A stretch of DNA of 64,000 nucleotides, taken from Lama glama (taxonomy: Eukaryota). The notes below the pieces were generated by a model that made no database searches, was not told the DNA's origin, and saw only the letters and a list, made by a program, of their open reading frames with translations. The DNA lies in NCBI GenBank assembly GCA_028534125.1, contig CM052816.1:67024001-67088000 (forward strand), read 5' to 3'. Position 1 is the stretch's first letter. Every line of letters begins with the position of its first letter. A program made the translations under genes and the position numbers. This document shows positions 52,039 to 64,000 of the stretch, piece by piece.

Positions 52039-54149
52039 CCATTTACCATCACTCTTCAGAAGATCTGATCATATAAAATCCTCAAGCAATTTAGCACTTC
52101 TGTAGTCAGCAGTCAAAGAACTTAGGAAAATGTTACAATTTCTAGTTTCCAACCCCTGTTGAACAAAACCTCAGATCTCAGTCTGGCCTTCAATAATAAA
52201 GTTTTTGACATATCAAAATTTTATTTATATTAATCTTTTTCATATCCAGTTGATGTCAGCAAATTTGGATATAATTATTAAGGAACATAATTTAGCATAT
52301 ATATTCCTGAAAAATCAGCAAATGATTCATCATGTCTTTATAAGATGTTCTCAACTCAACTGCATTTCTGACTCTGGGGCCAGAAACCATTTCTTGTACT
52401 CCCCTCTATCTACAATAGGTACCTAAATAATATGTTCTATTTGATATTTAAAGAATAATCCTACTGTTCTCATTAGGTCATCAGAGAATATATTAAAACA
52501 TTGTTTACTCTAGGTATAAGAGATACTTGAGACTCATCAAAGCCTAACTAAAGTGTGCAAGTCATGTATAGAAGCCGTGACCTTAGCTGGTAGGCTGCCT
52601 CCTATTGGCCTTCAAATGGCCATGGCCACATTATCTGCCAAACAGATCACTGAATCAAATTTAAAAGAGTTGTTATAAAGAATGAGAAAAAGCCTATTCA
52701 AGCAAAGACTTGTTTTTCTCTCCTTTTCTATTTCTGAAAGTGATCTAAGCATAATATCAAAGTCTACATGCATCACAAGCTTCTTCTGTCAGTCCAACTT
52801 CTTTGTTTTCTCCTTATTGATTAAAGCCCTTGGACATACCAGGCCCTGAGAAAAGATGTTACAGCTGTTCTCATCCTGGAGTTAGAGATGACAGAGGATG
52901 AACAGACTATTTCAAAGCAACATGATTCAGACTACATTAGGAGAAAGCGCCAAGCACAGTGGATGGACTTAGAAGGCACAGATTTGAGGTAGGGTAGTGG
53001 ATGTGGGCAAGGAAAGGCTCCCACAAGTCCCTCCTATTGATTACTTTGCAATGCCACTGGTCTCCTTGAAAAGATTTTAATACCTCATCTGGTTTTGGAA
53101 GTAACTGCTCAAATCAGTTTCAGAAGTCACAGGTGGAAGGAGCCAGGGAAATCACAGCACAATGCTTCTCTCCTTGTATCAATAGGCTACACAAATGCAC
53201 ATTTACAAATGTCCTAATGTCATAATTCATGTGGAATCCAATTGCAAACTCAGTTTGATTCCTTTACTTTCTCACCCTCAAACATAAATCATAAATCAAA
53301 GGATTAATGGCCTTAAAATTGACCTAAGTGACGGAAAAGACCTTGAAAAAATACTTTTGTCTCTCCACAAATTCCCTCATTTACTATTTTAAAGAAGGTC
53401 TTTTCTTTCCCTTTCATCCCCTTAATAGATGAAGGTCCCTGAGACATTGACAACTCCTTTGTCTAATGAGTGGCAGAGAAATGGAACCTTGAAATAAGAA
53501 TACATCATAGATCACCTGACCTGTGGCATTAAGAGAAAAGTTAAATTCTCAAAGGAGTGTGGGATTAAAAAAAGAGAGAGAGAAAAGATTTGTAATTTTT
53601 CCACTCAGACAGTAGATATTCCTAAGGAAAATAGGCAAGGATTTAGTAATCAAATTTTGTATTTTAATTTTCAAGAGTCTTGGTTCTCACAGTCTCTACC
53701 ACTCAATCTCAAATAGCTCTAATTAGCCTAAAGTCAATACTAAAATTTGACTGCATGTATCTGGGTTTCCATACCTTTAGACAGGCATTCCTGAGAAGAA
53801 TCCAAGTTGGAATGGAGTCAAGGAGAAAGATAATATGAGGCAAGAATACATTAGTACCACTTTTTTTTGAAAACATCATCACAGGTTAAAACCAACCAAA
53901 TCTAAAAGAATAATTTTAATATTTCCACTGCCAGGGGAAGAGTTGGTCACTCTTCAGCTAAAAATTCCTGGGGCAAAATTGCTGGTTCCAAGGGATCAGA
54001 TGTAGAGTTTGGCCAAGGCCAACCTCAGAATTGTTCTTCCAATGCACAAACCATAAAAAAGAAAAGAGAATTCACAAATTTCCACTGACTGGGAGATATG
54101 TAATGCTTTCCATTTTCTACAGTAAAAATATAAATTAAAATATAAGGAC

Positions 54150-55140
54150 ATGGCCATTCTGACTGGTGTGAGGTGAAGCCTCATTGTGGTTTTGATTTGC
54201 ATTACTCTGATAATAAGTAATATTGAGCATTTTTCCATGTGCCTATTAGCCATTTGTATGTCTTCACTGGAGAACTGCTTGTTTAGGTCTTCTGCCCATT
54301 TTTCAGAATGGCCACCATTAAAAAGTCCACAAATGAAAAATGCTGGAGAGACTGTGGAGAAAAGGGAACCCTCCTACATTGCTGGTGGGAATGTAGTTTG
54401 GTACAGCCATTATGGAAAACAGTATGGACATTCCTTAGAAAACTAAAAATAGACTTACCATATGATTCAGCAATCCCACTCCTGGGCATATATCCAGAGG
54501 CAACTCTAACTCAAAAAGCTACATGCACCCAATGTTCACAGCAGCACTATATATGATAGCCAAGACACGGAAACAGCCCAAATGTCCATCAACAGATGAC
54601 TGGATAAAGAAGCTGTGGTATAACTATACAATGGAATACTACTCAGCCATAAAAAGAATAAAATAATATTTGCAGTAACATGGATGGATCTGGAGATTGT
54701 CATTCTAAGTGAAGTAAGCCAGAAAGAGAAACAAAAATACCATATGATATCACTCATAGTGGAATCTAAAAAGAAAGAAAGAAAGGAAGTAGAAGACACT
54801 AATGAACTTATCTACAAAACAGAAACAGACTCACAGACAACAGTAAACAAACCTATGGTTATGGGCGGGGTGGCGGGGAACGAGGGTGGGAAGGGATAAA
54901 TTGGGAATTCAAGAACTGCTAATATTAACTACTATATATAAAATAGATTAAAAAAACAAATTTCTTCTGTATAGAACAGGGAACTATATTCAATATTGTG
55001 AAGTAACCTATAATGAAAAAGAATATGAAAATCAATATATGTATGTATATGTATGACTGAAACATTATGCTGTACACCAGAAGTTAACACATTGTAATTG
55101 ACTATGCTTCAATAAATAAAAAATAAAATAAAATAAAGAA
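54150..55140 (+). mobile_element. L1 3' end with 5' inversion (twin priming)
   Basis: 54150-54302 is antisense ORF2 ([25 protein letters not shown] on the - strand). From 54303 it is sense ORF2 ([18 protein letters not shown] zinc knuckle), 3'UTR and A-rich tail. Confidence 0.93.
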
Positions 55141-55242
55141 AGCAATACACTTTAAAAAAAAAATGCCCACTGACCTCTCTCTAGGTTGCTTCTGGCCTGG
55201 AGCACAGATCTCACTAAACACATTTGTTCTGTGTCTATTTAG

Positions 55243-55399
55243 GTGTTTCAAGCTTGAGGAGACATTTTAAAAATCATCTCCTCTATGTTTTGTTGACATT
55301 CTGGAAGGAGCTTTTCATTCAGTTAAAAACAGTCCTGTCCTTTGGGACAGAACCTGCAAAACCTGCTCTCATCTCAGAATCATGGATGCTTCTCTCCAG
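55243..55399 (+). other. Candidate 157-bp exon, unknown transcript
   Basis: Acceptor tttgttctgtgtctatttAG at 55241-55242 and perfect donor CAG|GTAAGT at 55400-55405. One reading frame is open. No homology recognised. Confidence 0.3.
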
Positions 55400-56353
55400 G
55401 TAAGTATCTGCAGTGACACTTGACTGCCTTGCATAACATAAGGCTACTGTCTATTCAGTTAACTCTCCTGAAGTCCCAATCTTCTTACCTAAATTGTGGC
55501 AACCACAAAAAACTCTTCTATCTTCTCTCACTTTAACCTCCCCCTAGGAAATACACATCCAGGAGACTTATACAATATTACATGGAGCGCATTCAGAGGT
55601 AGAGTCTTTCCAACATTTCAGTTGGGCATTTCTCTAATAAACTAGGAAAGCCCCACCTTAGCTATCATTTGCCTTCCCTACTGATTGTTGTGAAATTGGA
55701 GATCAAAACTGAGCTCTATTTTATACTGGTACCAATCTTCAGTCTCACTTTAGTGTTGACAGATATTTTAGCAATGTGTCTTCAACTTGTTATAAAACAT
55801 TTTTCTCCTGAGCTCTTGCTGACAAGTTAAATTCAAGCAGTATTCTGTCTCTTTTCAGTTTAGGCAACAGGTAAAATAACTTTCTTTGTGCCTAGCAGGG
55901 AATAATTCCTCTTCATCCCTGCACAAAATCGTCTATACCTAAACAGCCTGCAGTATGACTATGAAGGTAACAAGCAAAAGGGCAGAGCATAAATGTCCTC
56001 AGGAAAGATTGTCACTTTTCCTTCCAAAGCATGCAATGACAGAGTACTTGTGAAACAAAATAATAAATGGTCTAAAAATAAGCAAAGATTATCATGCTAA
56101 GGCCTTATTTATCATACTACTCAGAGCAAACAACAGGCAAAATCAATGCTATTGTTGCAGTCAGGGAAAAATCTCCTTAAGTTGCTGATAAAAGAAACCC
56201 TCCCACATTCTTCCTTTTACCCACCTAGGCCTCTGAAGCATCGCCTTAATGACACTTAAAGGGAAAGACAAGGTACAAGAGTAACTCAAAAAGTGCCTCT
56301 TACCACGTGCATCAGTTATTTGGGACAAAATAAAAGTGAGAGACAAAAAAAAA

Positions 56354-56750
56354 GAGATTATCATACTAAGTGAATTAAGCCAGAAAGAAAAAGACAAATA
56401 CCATATGACAATACTTATATGTGGTATCTAAAAAAATGACACAAATGAACTTGTTTACAAAACAGACACAGACTCACAGACATAGAAAACAAACTTATGG
56501 TTACCAAAGGGGCAAGAGGGGAGAGGGATAAATTCGGAGTTTAGGGTTTGCAGGTACACATTACTATATATAAAGTAGATAAACAACACGGTCCTACTGT
56601 ATAGCACAGGGAGCTATATTCAATATCTTCTAATAACCTATAATAAAAAATATGAAAAGGAATATATATATAAATGTATAACTGAATCACTATGCTGTAC
56701 ACTAGAAACTAATACAACATTGTAAACCAACTATACGTCAATTAAATTAG
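56354..56750 (+). mobile_element. 5'-truncated L1 3' end
   Basis: gagattatcatactaagtgaa...acaaatgaacttgtttacaaaacaga...ggtcctactgtatagcacaggg...caacattgtaaaccaactatac. Probable TSD aaaaagagatta / aaaaacagatta. Confidence 0.92.
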
Positions 56751-56999
56751 AAAAACAGATTAAATAGCACAGGATAAGCTGAATCCCCAATAAACAGGAA
56801 TGCAGAAATCCAGAGCTGCTTTGAATGAAAAAGATCATTCCAGGCGAAATAAAAAGGTCGTCAATTTAGAGTACCATTTTCTATTTCATGATATGTGGCC
56901 TAAAATACTGATTATAGTCAAAGCTAGATGCAGAAAAATTGTTCATATGAATTTCTTTTGGGGCCAGTAGGATTACACTGAGACACTGTGCTGATTCCG

Positions 57000-57170
57000 A
57001 AACTCATTCAGTAGACATGTACTGAGCAGGAGAATTAAAGGACATCAGAGGGTCAAGTGCCAGGCACTGCGCTAGGCACTAGACATACAAAGACATATAA
57101 GAAAAAGGCACTTCCCACTGGGGAAGAGAAATGCAGCCAGCCTATATATAATGATCCAAAGAATATCCTA
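57000..57170 (-). mobile_element. L2 3' fragment
   Basis: ctcattcagtagacatgtactgagc...gtgccaggcactgcgctaggcactagacatacaaag. Confidence 0.7.
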
Positions 57171-57171
57171 A

Positions 57172-57320
57172 AGCCATGAATCCTAAACTTTAAAGTCCAT
57201 GTGCATCACTTACATCACTTAAGGATCCTATTACGGGAAACTTATTCAAAAGAGTCCCCAGTGATGTTGATGTGATGTTGATGTTACTGTCATTGGGCTA
57301 CACTCTGAGGAGAGCAGGCT
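57172..57320. mobile_element. MER5-like hAT MITE
   Basis: cctaaacttt...gtccccagtgatgttgatg...ctacactctgaggagagcagg. Confidence 0.55.
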
Positions 57321-58359
57321 TTAAATCACAGTTGATTTCAGCAATTTCTGCAACAATGAATAATGGGATCAGAGGGAGTATTTATTTGGCTGCATTTGCT
57401 GTATGTACTGTCTAGGCAGTAAGAATGGAGATCTCTGTAGTCTGTGATTCTGTACACACAGAAGATGATGCGTGGCTGCTCTCCACCTTCTCTGGAGTTT
57501 GAGGGACATTACTAAATCAGCAGTGACACAAAATCGGTTTAGTAATAAGATCGTTTCCCCCTGATTGGAAACCTTGCTAATGGCTAAAGTTAAAGGTAGA
57601 TTATAGAATTTCCTTACTTGAGATTCTAAGGAAAAAAATATATAGATTTTTCATCTGTCCTGAGGACTGGAATGGTGATTTGGCATTTCAAAGACTCAGC
57701 CCACTCTGGGACTCTATAAAATGAAAGCATATTAAAGTGAATTTCAGTATTTGCTCAATACATTCCTATTACAATCATAAAAAGAGTTGACCTTTGGTCA
57801 AATTGAGTTTGCAGATAGTTGGCATACTTAACCAGGATCTTTCCTCTCATCATTTATGCTGTGAAGAGAAAAATAATCTAAGATTCTATTATTTTGACAA
57901 AAGAACCAAGATAATAACTAGATAAGAGAACTAGCTTTCTTAAGAAATGTACTTATTTAAATGTTTATTTAAAGCCTAAAGGGGGAAAAATAGTCAAAGG
58001 AAGTCCTTGAGCTTTTATCCTTACACTTTATAAGCTGAAGAAAATGCAAATTTATGTCTGCTACAAATTCATAATCCCCTATTTGCAATAGGACCTCAGT
58101 CACTGTCCCATTAATTCCCATCATCCTTTGTATCAAATTTTCACACGCGAACAGTTCTTTCTTATCAATCTAAAAGCAAGGTAATTGTGATTCTATCTTA
58201 ACAAAATTTAAAAGTCTACCTTGTCTCCAAATCCCCCACCACACCCAGTATCCCTCCTTTCTCCGCCACCTTTCTTGAGAAGATCATCCACAAAGGTTAG
58301 CTTAATTTTCTTCCCATTTATTTTTACCTATTATTTTTTCTTTGTTCAAACTTGCGTTT

Positions 58360-59272
58360 CTTTATATATAAATATAAACATTTTTTATTGAGTTATAGTC
58401 ATTTTACAATGTTGTGTCAAATTCCAGTATAGAGCACAATTTTTCAGTTATACATGAACATACATACATTCATTGTCACATTCTCTTTCGCTAGGAGCCA
58501 CCACAAGATCCTGTATATATCTCCCTGTGCGACACAGTACAATCTTGTTTATCTATTCTACATTTTGAAATCTTAGTCCCTTCCCACCCCTGTCCCCCTG
58601 GCAACCACAAGATTGTATTCTATGTCTATGAGTCTCTTTCTGTTTTACATTTATGTTTGTTTGTTTGTTTTTAGATTCCGCATATGAGTGATCTCATATG
58701 GTATTTTTCTTTCTCTTTCTGGCTTACTTCACTTAAAATGACATTCTCCAGTAACATCCATGTTGCTGCAAATGGCGTAATGTTGTCGGTTTTTATGGCT
58801 GAATAGTATTCCATTGTATAAATATACCACAGCTTCTTTATCCAGTCATCTGTCAATGGATATTTAGGCAGTTTCCATGTCTTGGCTATTGTAAATAGTG
58901 CTGCTATGAACACTGGGGTGCAGGTGTCATTTTGAAGTAGGGTCCCTTCTGGATATACGACCAGGAGCGGGATTCCTGGGTCATATGGTAAGTCTATTCC
59001 CAGTCTTTTGAGGAATCTCCATACTGTTTTCCACAGTGGCTGCACCAAACTGCATTCCCACCAGCAGTGTAGGAGGGTTCCCTTTTCTCCACAGCCTCTC
59101 CAGCATTTGTCATTTGTGAACTTTGAATGATGGTCATGCTGATTGGTGTGAGGTGATACCGCATCGTAGTTTTGATTTGCATCTCTCTGATAATTAGTGA
59201 TATTGAGCCTTTTTTCATGTGCCTATTGATCATTTGTATTTCTTCCTTGGAGAATTGCTTGTTTACGTCTTC
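58360..59272 (-). mobile_element. Young 5'-truncated L1 (~0.9 kb)
   Basis: ORF 58671-59048(-) is a clean 125-aa L1 ORF2p C-terminus ([32 protein letters not shown]). ORF 58994-59233 carries the preceding part in another frame. Its 3'UTR type differs from the other copies. Confidence 0.95.
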
Positions 59273-59546
59273 GTATAATCAGTTACAATGTGTCAGTTTC
59301 TGTTGTACAGCATAATGTCCCAGTCAGGCATATATATACATATATTCATTTTCATATTCCTTTTCATTAAAGGCTATTATAAGATATTGAATATAATTCC
59401 CTGTGCTATACAGAAGAAATGTGTTTTTCAATCTATTTGTATGTATAGTGGTTAACATTTGCAAATCTAAAACTCCTATATTTATCCCTTTCCACCCCCT
59501 TTCCCCAGGTAACCATAAAATTGTTTACTGCGTCTGTGAGTCTATT
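59273..59546 (-). mobile_element. Second L1 3'UTR abutting the previous L1
   Basis: cagttacaatgtgtcagtttctg...gatattgaatataattccctgtgctatacag...gtaaccataa...gtctgtgagtct. Confidence 0.88.
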
Positions 59547-59572
59547 AATTTTTATTTTAACTTTTTTTTTTA

Positions 59573-59790
59573 AACAGCAGAGCACCATTTTTCAAGTGAA
59601 AGCTTACGTGGAATTCTAAGATAAAAAAAAAAAAAAAAACAAGAGCACAATTAAACTGGTTGAAAGAGGAGACGGAGGTGATGAGCAAAGAACCCTCCCA
59701 CTCAGTCTTTCGCTCCTGCTTATCCAGTCAGGCCCCGAGCTGCCTTTAAAAGATCTGAGGCTCTGCAAACCATCGCCTTAATTCACTGAT
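59573..59790. mobile_element. MER102-like hAT-Charlie element
   Basis: agcagagcaccatttttcaagtgaaagcttacgtggaa...ctggttgaa...cccactcagtc. Confidence 0.55.
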
Positions 59791-60140
59791 CCCTGCCTCC
59801 TTCTCTCTCCAGCCCAAGGAAATTGTTCAGAATGCCCAGGAGCTCTCAAAATCAATAGGTACTTTACAGGCAAGGTCTTATTTGATTCTCCCAAGTATTG
59901 ATGCTATAGTGAAGTGCAGAACTATTTACAATTCCCACATATTTGGCTCTCTCTCGAGTGCCTTAGCACATTCTGTTTCCTCTGTCCTAATCCTCCATTG
60001 GCTTCCCATCTTGCCTAGGTTAAAAACCTGATTGTTTTTCATTACCAGTAAGCCCCTACTCAATCCGCAAACCACCTCCCTCCCCTCTGACCTTACTGCC
60101 TTACTGTGTTCTGTTTTCTCACTATGCCCTCGCTATTGTT
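59790..60140 (+). mobile_element. L2 fragment
   Basis: ctcaaaatcaatagg...aatcctccattggcttcccatcttgcctagg...aagcccctac. Confidence 0.55.
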
Positions 60141-60858
60141 TTCAACTGTGTGCTTTTCGAAAGTATGGGTCTAGAGGAATTGTCTAATCAATGCACTGAA
60201 AGCTTGCATTCTCATTTAAAATGCATAGCATCATTTTATTTGAAACTAAGATACGAATAGCCTCTGGTCTCTGTCTGGACTGGAAATAGTTCCAGTGTAG
60301 CAAATCTTCCAAATTTAGTTATATCCTACTGCAGTGTGAAAAAAGTCACATTCAACAAGCATTTGTTGAGGGCTTCTATGGGTTATATGGGAGATATAAG
60401 AGAAGAATACAACCCTTTCCTAACTGAAAGTGATCATGGTTGAGTTACTGGTTGGCAATTCAAACTGATGTGTGTTCTATTTAATTACATGCTGAGAAAA
60501 GGAGAAAAGTGCTGAAAGAACTTGTTGGTCTTGTTTTTCCTCTTAAATCTGAGTTCCTGACATATTTCATTTTTCAGCAAAGCTATTCTTCTGCTTCAAA
60601 GATAGGGAAATCCATGGGACTGGAGCCTCACTTTCATTTCAATAGTCACAGTTCTGGACAGTGATTTTACTTTTATTTTATTAATATTATATTGGTTAAA
60701 TTAAGTTAGTTTAAAAAATCGTAAGTTGGTCATATTCACATAATATTTAAAACTGTAAAATTCTAGCTCACCTAACTCCTGTTTTTTTGCTTTTCCATTT
60801 TTAGTTAAATTCTCCAACAAAGGCATCCAATGGAATGGTAATTTTATCTGTTTAAATA

Positions 60859-60869
60859 TAAGTAGGTCA
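60859..60869 (+). promoter_or_regulatory. ROR/REV-ERB response element motif (TAAGTAGGTCA)
   Basis: Exact match to WAWNTRGGTCA, followed directly by a second half-site, AAGTCA. Confidence 0.3.
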
Positions 60870-61949
60870 AAGTCACTCTGAACACAAAAATAAAGATGCT
60901 GCTATCACAGACTGATGCATAATATCACAGGTCTTCAATTCTCAACAGAGATTTTAAAGATCTGAAAGAAGTAAGTCTCTACACAGTTTCTAGGGCTGTA
61001 AATTAATGCCTGAGTGGTCAGTACCCTTGTGGAGCTTGTGGTTTCCCAGATCACATCTAGTTCCATATCACATCAATGCTGACATTCCTCCTTCTGCTAA
61101 TCCACGGGAAAATGTACTGTCAAAAGTAACTTCTGTAGCTTTGTAATGTGCTAGGTACCTATAATATTGACTCTAAAATTCCTCCAGTAGGACCAAAACT
61201 TCAAAACAGATATAACATTTTATTTGGTGGAGCTCAGATACAGGGAACTCTCCTGGTTTTATCAGTGTCAGACAACTGTACATTATCCTGGCTTTAAATA
61301 TAGCCATGAACTCATGGTCACTTCCTTGGATGTCTTTGTCAGTTTCACAACTGAAACAGGTGTCAGATCTCTAGGCCTATTTGTTTAAGTCCTTTTTATT
61401 CTTTCTTTTTGTTTGCTTGTTTTTCTACATACTACTCCTCTTCAGTCGGGTATGAAGAGTCTTGACATTTCTCCCTTGTACCAATATGTGCTTCCCCCCC
61501 CACAAAATGTACAAAACTTTGTCTATTTCATTTGAAAAGTGAGCACGTTAGGTTCACTTGGCTTCACATTTGGTTACAACATGATTCCTGTTTTCAGCTC
61601 CTGCTTCCTTGTGCCCCTCTCACTGGGGCTGCTGATGTCCTAAATCTGTAACACATCCCCACCAACTTCCTGGGTCAATCTTGAAAGCACACTATGGAGT
61701 TGACCAACAATCAGAATCCACCAGCAGGTGGGGTCAAGAATTGGTCTTTCTCTGCCATTTCACACTTGAGTTGCTTAGAAGAGCTCTAGGTGTCTGCAGA
61801 CCCACTCATTAGCCATCTATCCCAACCCACTGTGGCAATACTGAAGTAATCAGTTTCTATCCATGGGTCTCCAACATCTTCCTAGCCCTGGGGCTTGCCA
61901 TAAACTACAAGCTACTTAGCACTTGCCTGGCCCTTTCTCTGGAGGGCTA

Positions 61950-63133
61950 GACCATGTTCACTGTACCTCTAGCTACTTCACAGACCCCAGCTATAAATGG
62001 ACTGACTGCATTAGAACATGCCACAGTGGCCTGATATATCAGCCAGTAGACTGAACATCCTTACATAGTAGAAATGAAAAGTTGCTGTAACCAAGCCCAT
62101 GTTGAAGACAACCTTGAACACTGTGCACTGGAACACTGGCTACCCACTGCAGTTATCAGCTTTACAGCTGCTCAAGTTCTCCAATCCCCCCTTCTCAAAA
62201 GTGGCTCTTCAGCGGTGTCCAGACTAATTCTGAGACCCTATCACACTTCTCCCTCAAGCCCTTCAGAAACATAATAATGTGAGAAGCCATGTCCAGCCTC
62301 AATATGGGACCTGAAACGCACTTGTAAAGCAAACAGAAAGTACAATGTGTGGTCACACTGCTGCTGCTTTAGGCTCATACTGACCAAGAGGCTTTGGTAC
62401 CCATGGGAGGAATACTTTCTCAAGGGGACACAAATATGATTCTATTAAATTAGAAGTTGAGTAGACCACTTGCATATTTTGGGCTTCCCTAGTACTGGAA
62501 TGATCAGTAAAATTTTTTTAAAGTTTGAATTTTTGATTTATACTGACTCTAGGAAGAATAGAATGACTATAAATAACACAATGCGGATATGAGAAGAATA
62601 TGGGTGGAAACCAGAAGGGGACCTTTAATACTTACCTACAGTGAAAAAAAAAATGGTAGCCAATCCCAACAATACCACACTGGCTCTACCACCAGGGGTT
62701 AGATCCTTATGGAATCAGGTTTCGTAAGTCAAAGAAATATTAAATGAGTAGTAGAGAAAAGAAATCATATCTATGACCCAGTGTTCTAAGTGTCTATCTG
62801 TATTCTTTTCCTTCCTATATCAGACTTACTTTTATACATTTCCACAAACTTTCCTTTTCTTTCACAGTTTTATACAGAGCATGTTGGTGATAATTTTTCA
62901 ATTTATTCCACTGATTACAGAATATGGACACATGATTGTGACAGAAGCAAAGGAAGACTGGGCATTTCTCAGGATCCTAAACTAGAAGCTAAATGCCTCA
63001 ACTGATGAGGTCCTGGGTTTCCTCATTTTGAAGAAGTACCTGTGCCTTGGCTGTCAAGGGTTATCTTTCATGTGAAAGGCTGGACCCAATGTTTGCATAC
63101 GAAACTATGTATGAAGGCTACCCAAAGGGGTGG
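61950..63133 (+). mobile_element. Ancient ERVL internal remnant (pol/RNaseH-like piece, dUTPase, polypurine tract)
   Basis: 62397-62486 translates VPMGGILSQGDTNMILLN*KLSRPLAYFGL, resembling the ERVL dUTPase region VPEGGMLPPGDTTMIPLNWKLRLPPGHFGL. Polypurine tract caaaggggtgga at ~63123-63134. Confidence 0.75.
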
Positions 63134-63134
63134 A

Positions 63135-63550
63135 ATAAGTGAGTAAAAACTTGTTATATTTTTTGGCCATCACATATTCTTATGTTTGGGGAATTCTCTA
63201 CTGTAAGTTTTTGGAAGATGCAGGGCCTGCCTTTCACTATAGAAACTCAAAGAATTCACCCTGGACTTTGAATTGAGAGTTAGAGACACATAGAAGAGAG
63301 GACAAAGAGGATGAAAGATTGAGTATTGCCCATTCTGATGGTTGCCACAGGCACAAACTATAGTACTTAGCATCCGGTGGAGATGGCAGAAATTATGCCA
63401 GGTGGTTTGGGGTTATGTTTAGGTTGCCTCTGAACCCAGTTCTCCAGACTTCTTTATGATTATGTAAAATACCCTATTATCTTTTTGTAAATCTACTTTC
63501 TGCTGAAATCTACTGGAATCCATTTCTGTTGAAAACAAAAGATCTATCTT
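63135..63550 (+). mobile_element. 3' LTR of the ERVL-class element
   Basis: Directly follows the polypurine tract: cttatgtttggggaattctc...taaatctactttctgctgaaatctactggaatccatttctgttg. Confidence 0.6.
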
Positions 63551-64000
63551 GTCATTCTCCTCAGTCTCAGCAAGACTCTACTTTATTTGAAATCTGACTT
63601 GGGTAATTTGTTCCATGCCTTACTTCCTAGAGACTAAGCATCTATTTTCTGGTTCCCGTGGGTTTTAATATCACTGATGATGGAATTGCCATTCTCCTTC
63701 CCCACATAATTCTTTCCCCAAATAATGCCCTAAAAATAATCCTGATTATATTTCAATTGGAAAAGAATCATAGCATACAGTAACACTGAACTTACATGCT
63801 TCACTCAAGTTTTGAGTTTGTTTTGTTAATGACAGATGTTGGGGATCCTTCAGTGAAAGAACTATGCAGCATGTTATGAAATACATTAGTTACTGACAAT
63901 GTAATAGTAACATCTCTTAAAGAAATTAAACAAGTAAAATTCAATTTCAGAGTAAAGAGTGGGTCTTAGCCTGGAACAATGCAGTATCAAATTTACTTCA

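Noticed and set aside
57204..57285. Short tandem duplications (catcactta x2, tgatgttgatg x2)
   Set aside because: These are ordinary slippage duplications in a decayed MER5 element.
58671..59048. 125-aa ORF as a host gene
   Set aside because: It is the L1 ORF2p C-terminus of a truncated copy.
61720..61736. CTCF-like motif ccagcaggtggggtc
   Set aside because: It mismatches the core GGC position and has no other support.
1..64000. CRISPR arrays, operons or prokaryotic defence systems
   Set aside because: The sequence is mammalian, with no regularly spaced repeats or dense coding regions.

Overview
AT-rich mammalian genomic DNA, intergenic or deep intronic. It is most likely camelid, because it carries a tRNA-Ala(AGC)-derived Vic-1-type SINE and cetartiodactyl-type L1 5' and 3' UTRs. 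I recognise no host protein-coding gene, rRNA or functional tRNA. The supplied ORFs are either LINE-1 fragments or unrecognisable short ORFs. The window is mostly transposable-element remains: ancient MIR, L2, L1M/HAL1, MaLR and ERVL LTRs and DNA transposons, two ERV1-type solo LTRs, an ERVL internal remnant with a fossil dUTPase, and about ten younger L1 insertions. The most notable structures are: (1) a ~1.2 kb insertion at 32070-33267, flanked by a 15-bp target-site duplication (TSD), in which ~840 bp of non-L1 DNA is fused to an L1 3' end; (2) an L1 with an inverted distal 5'UTR and no ORF1 (49676-52038); (3) two twin-priming L1 inversions and shared 5' truncation points; (4) a candidate exon and several candidate regulatory motifs. 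I found no convincing novel biological system. Repeat families were assigned by eye from remembered consensus sequences, so subfamily names and most boundaries are approximate.
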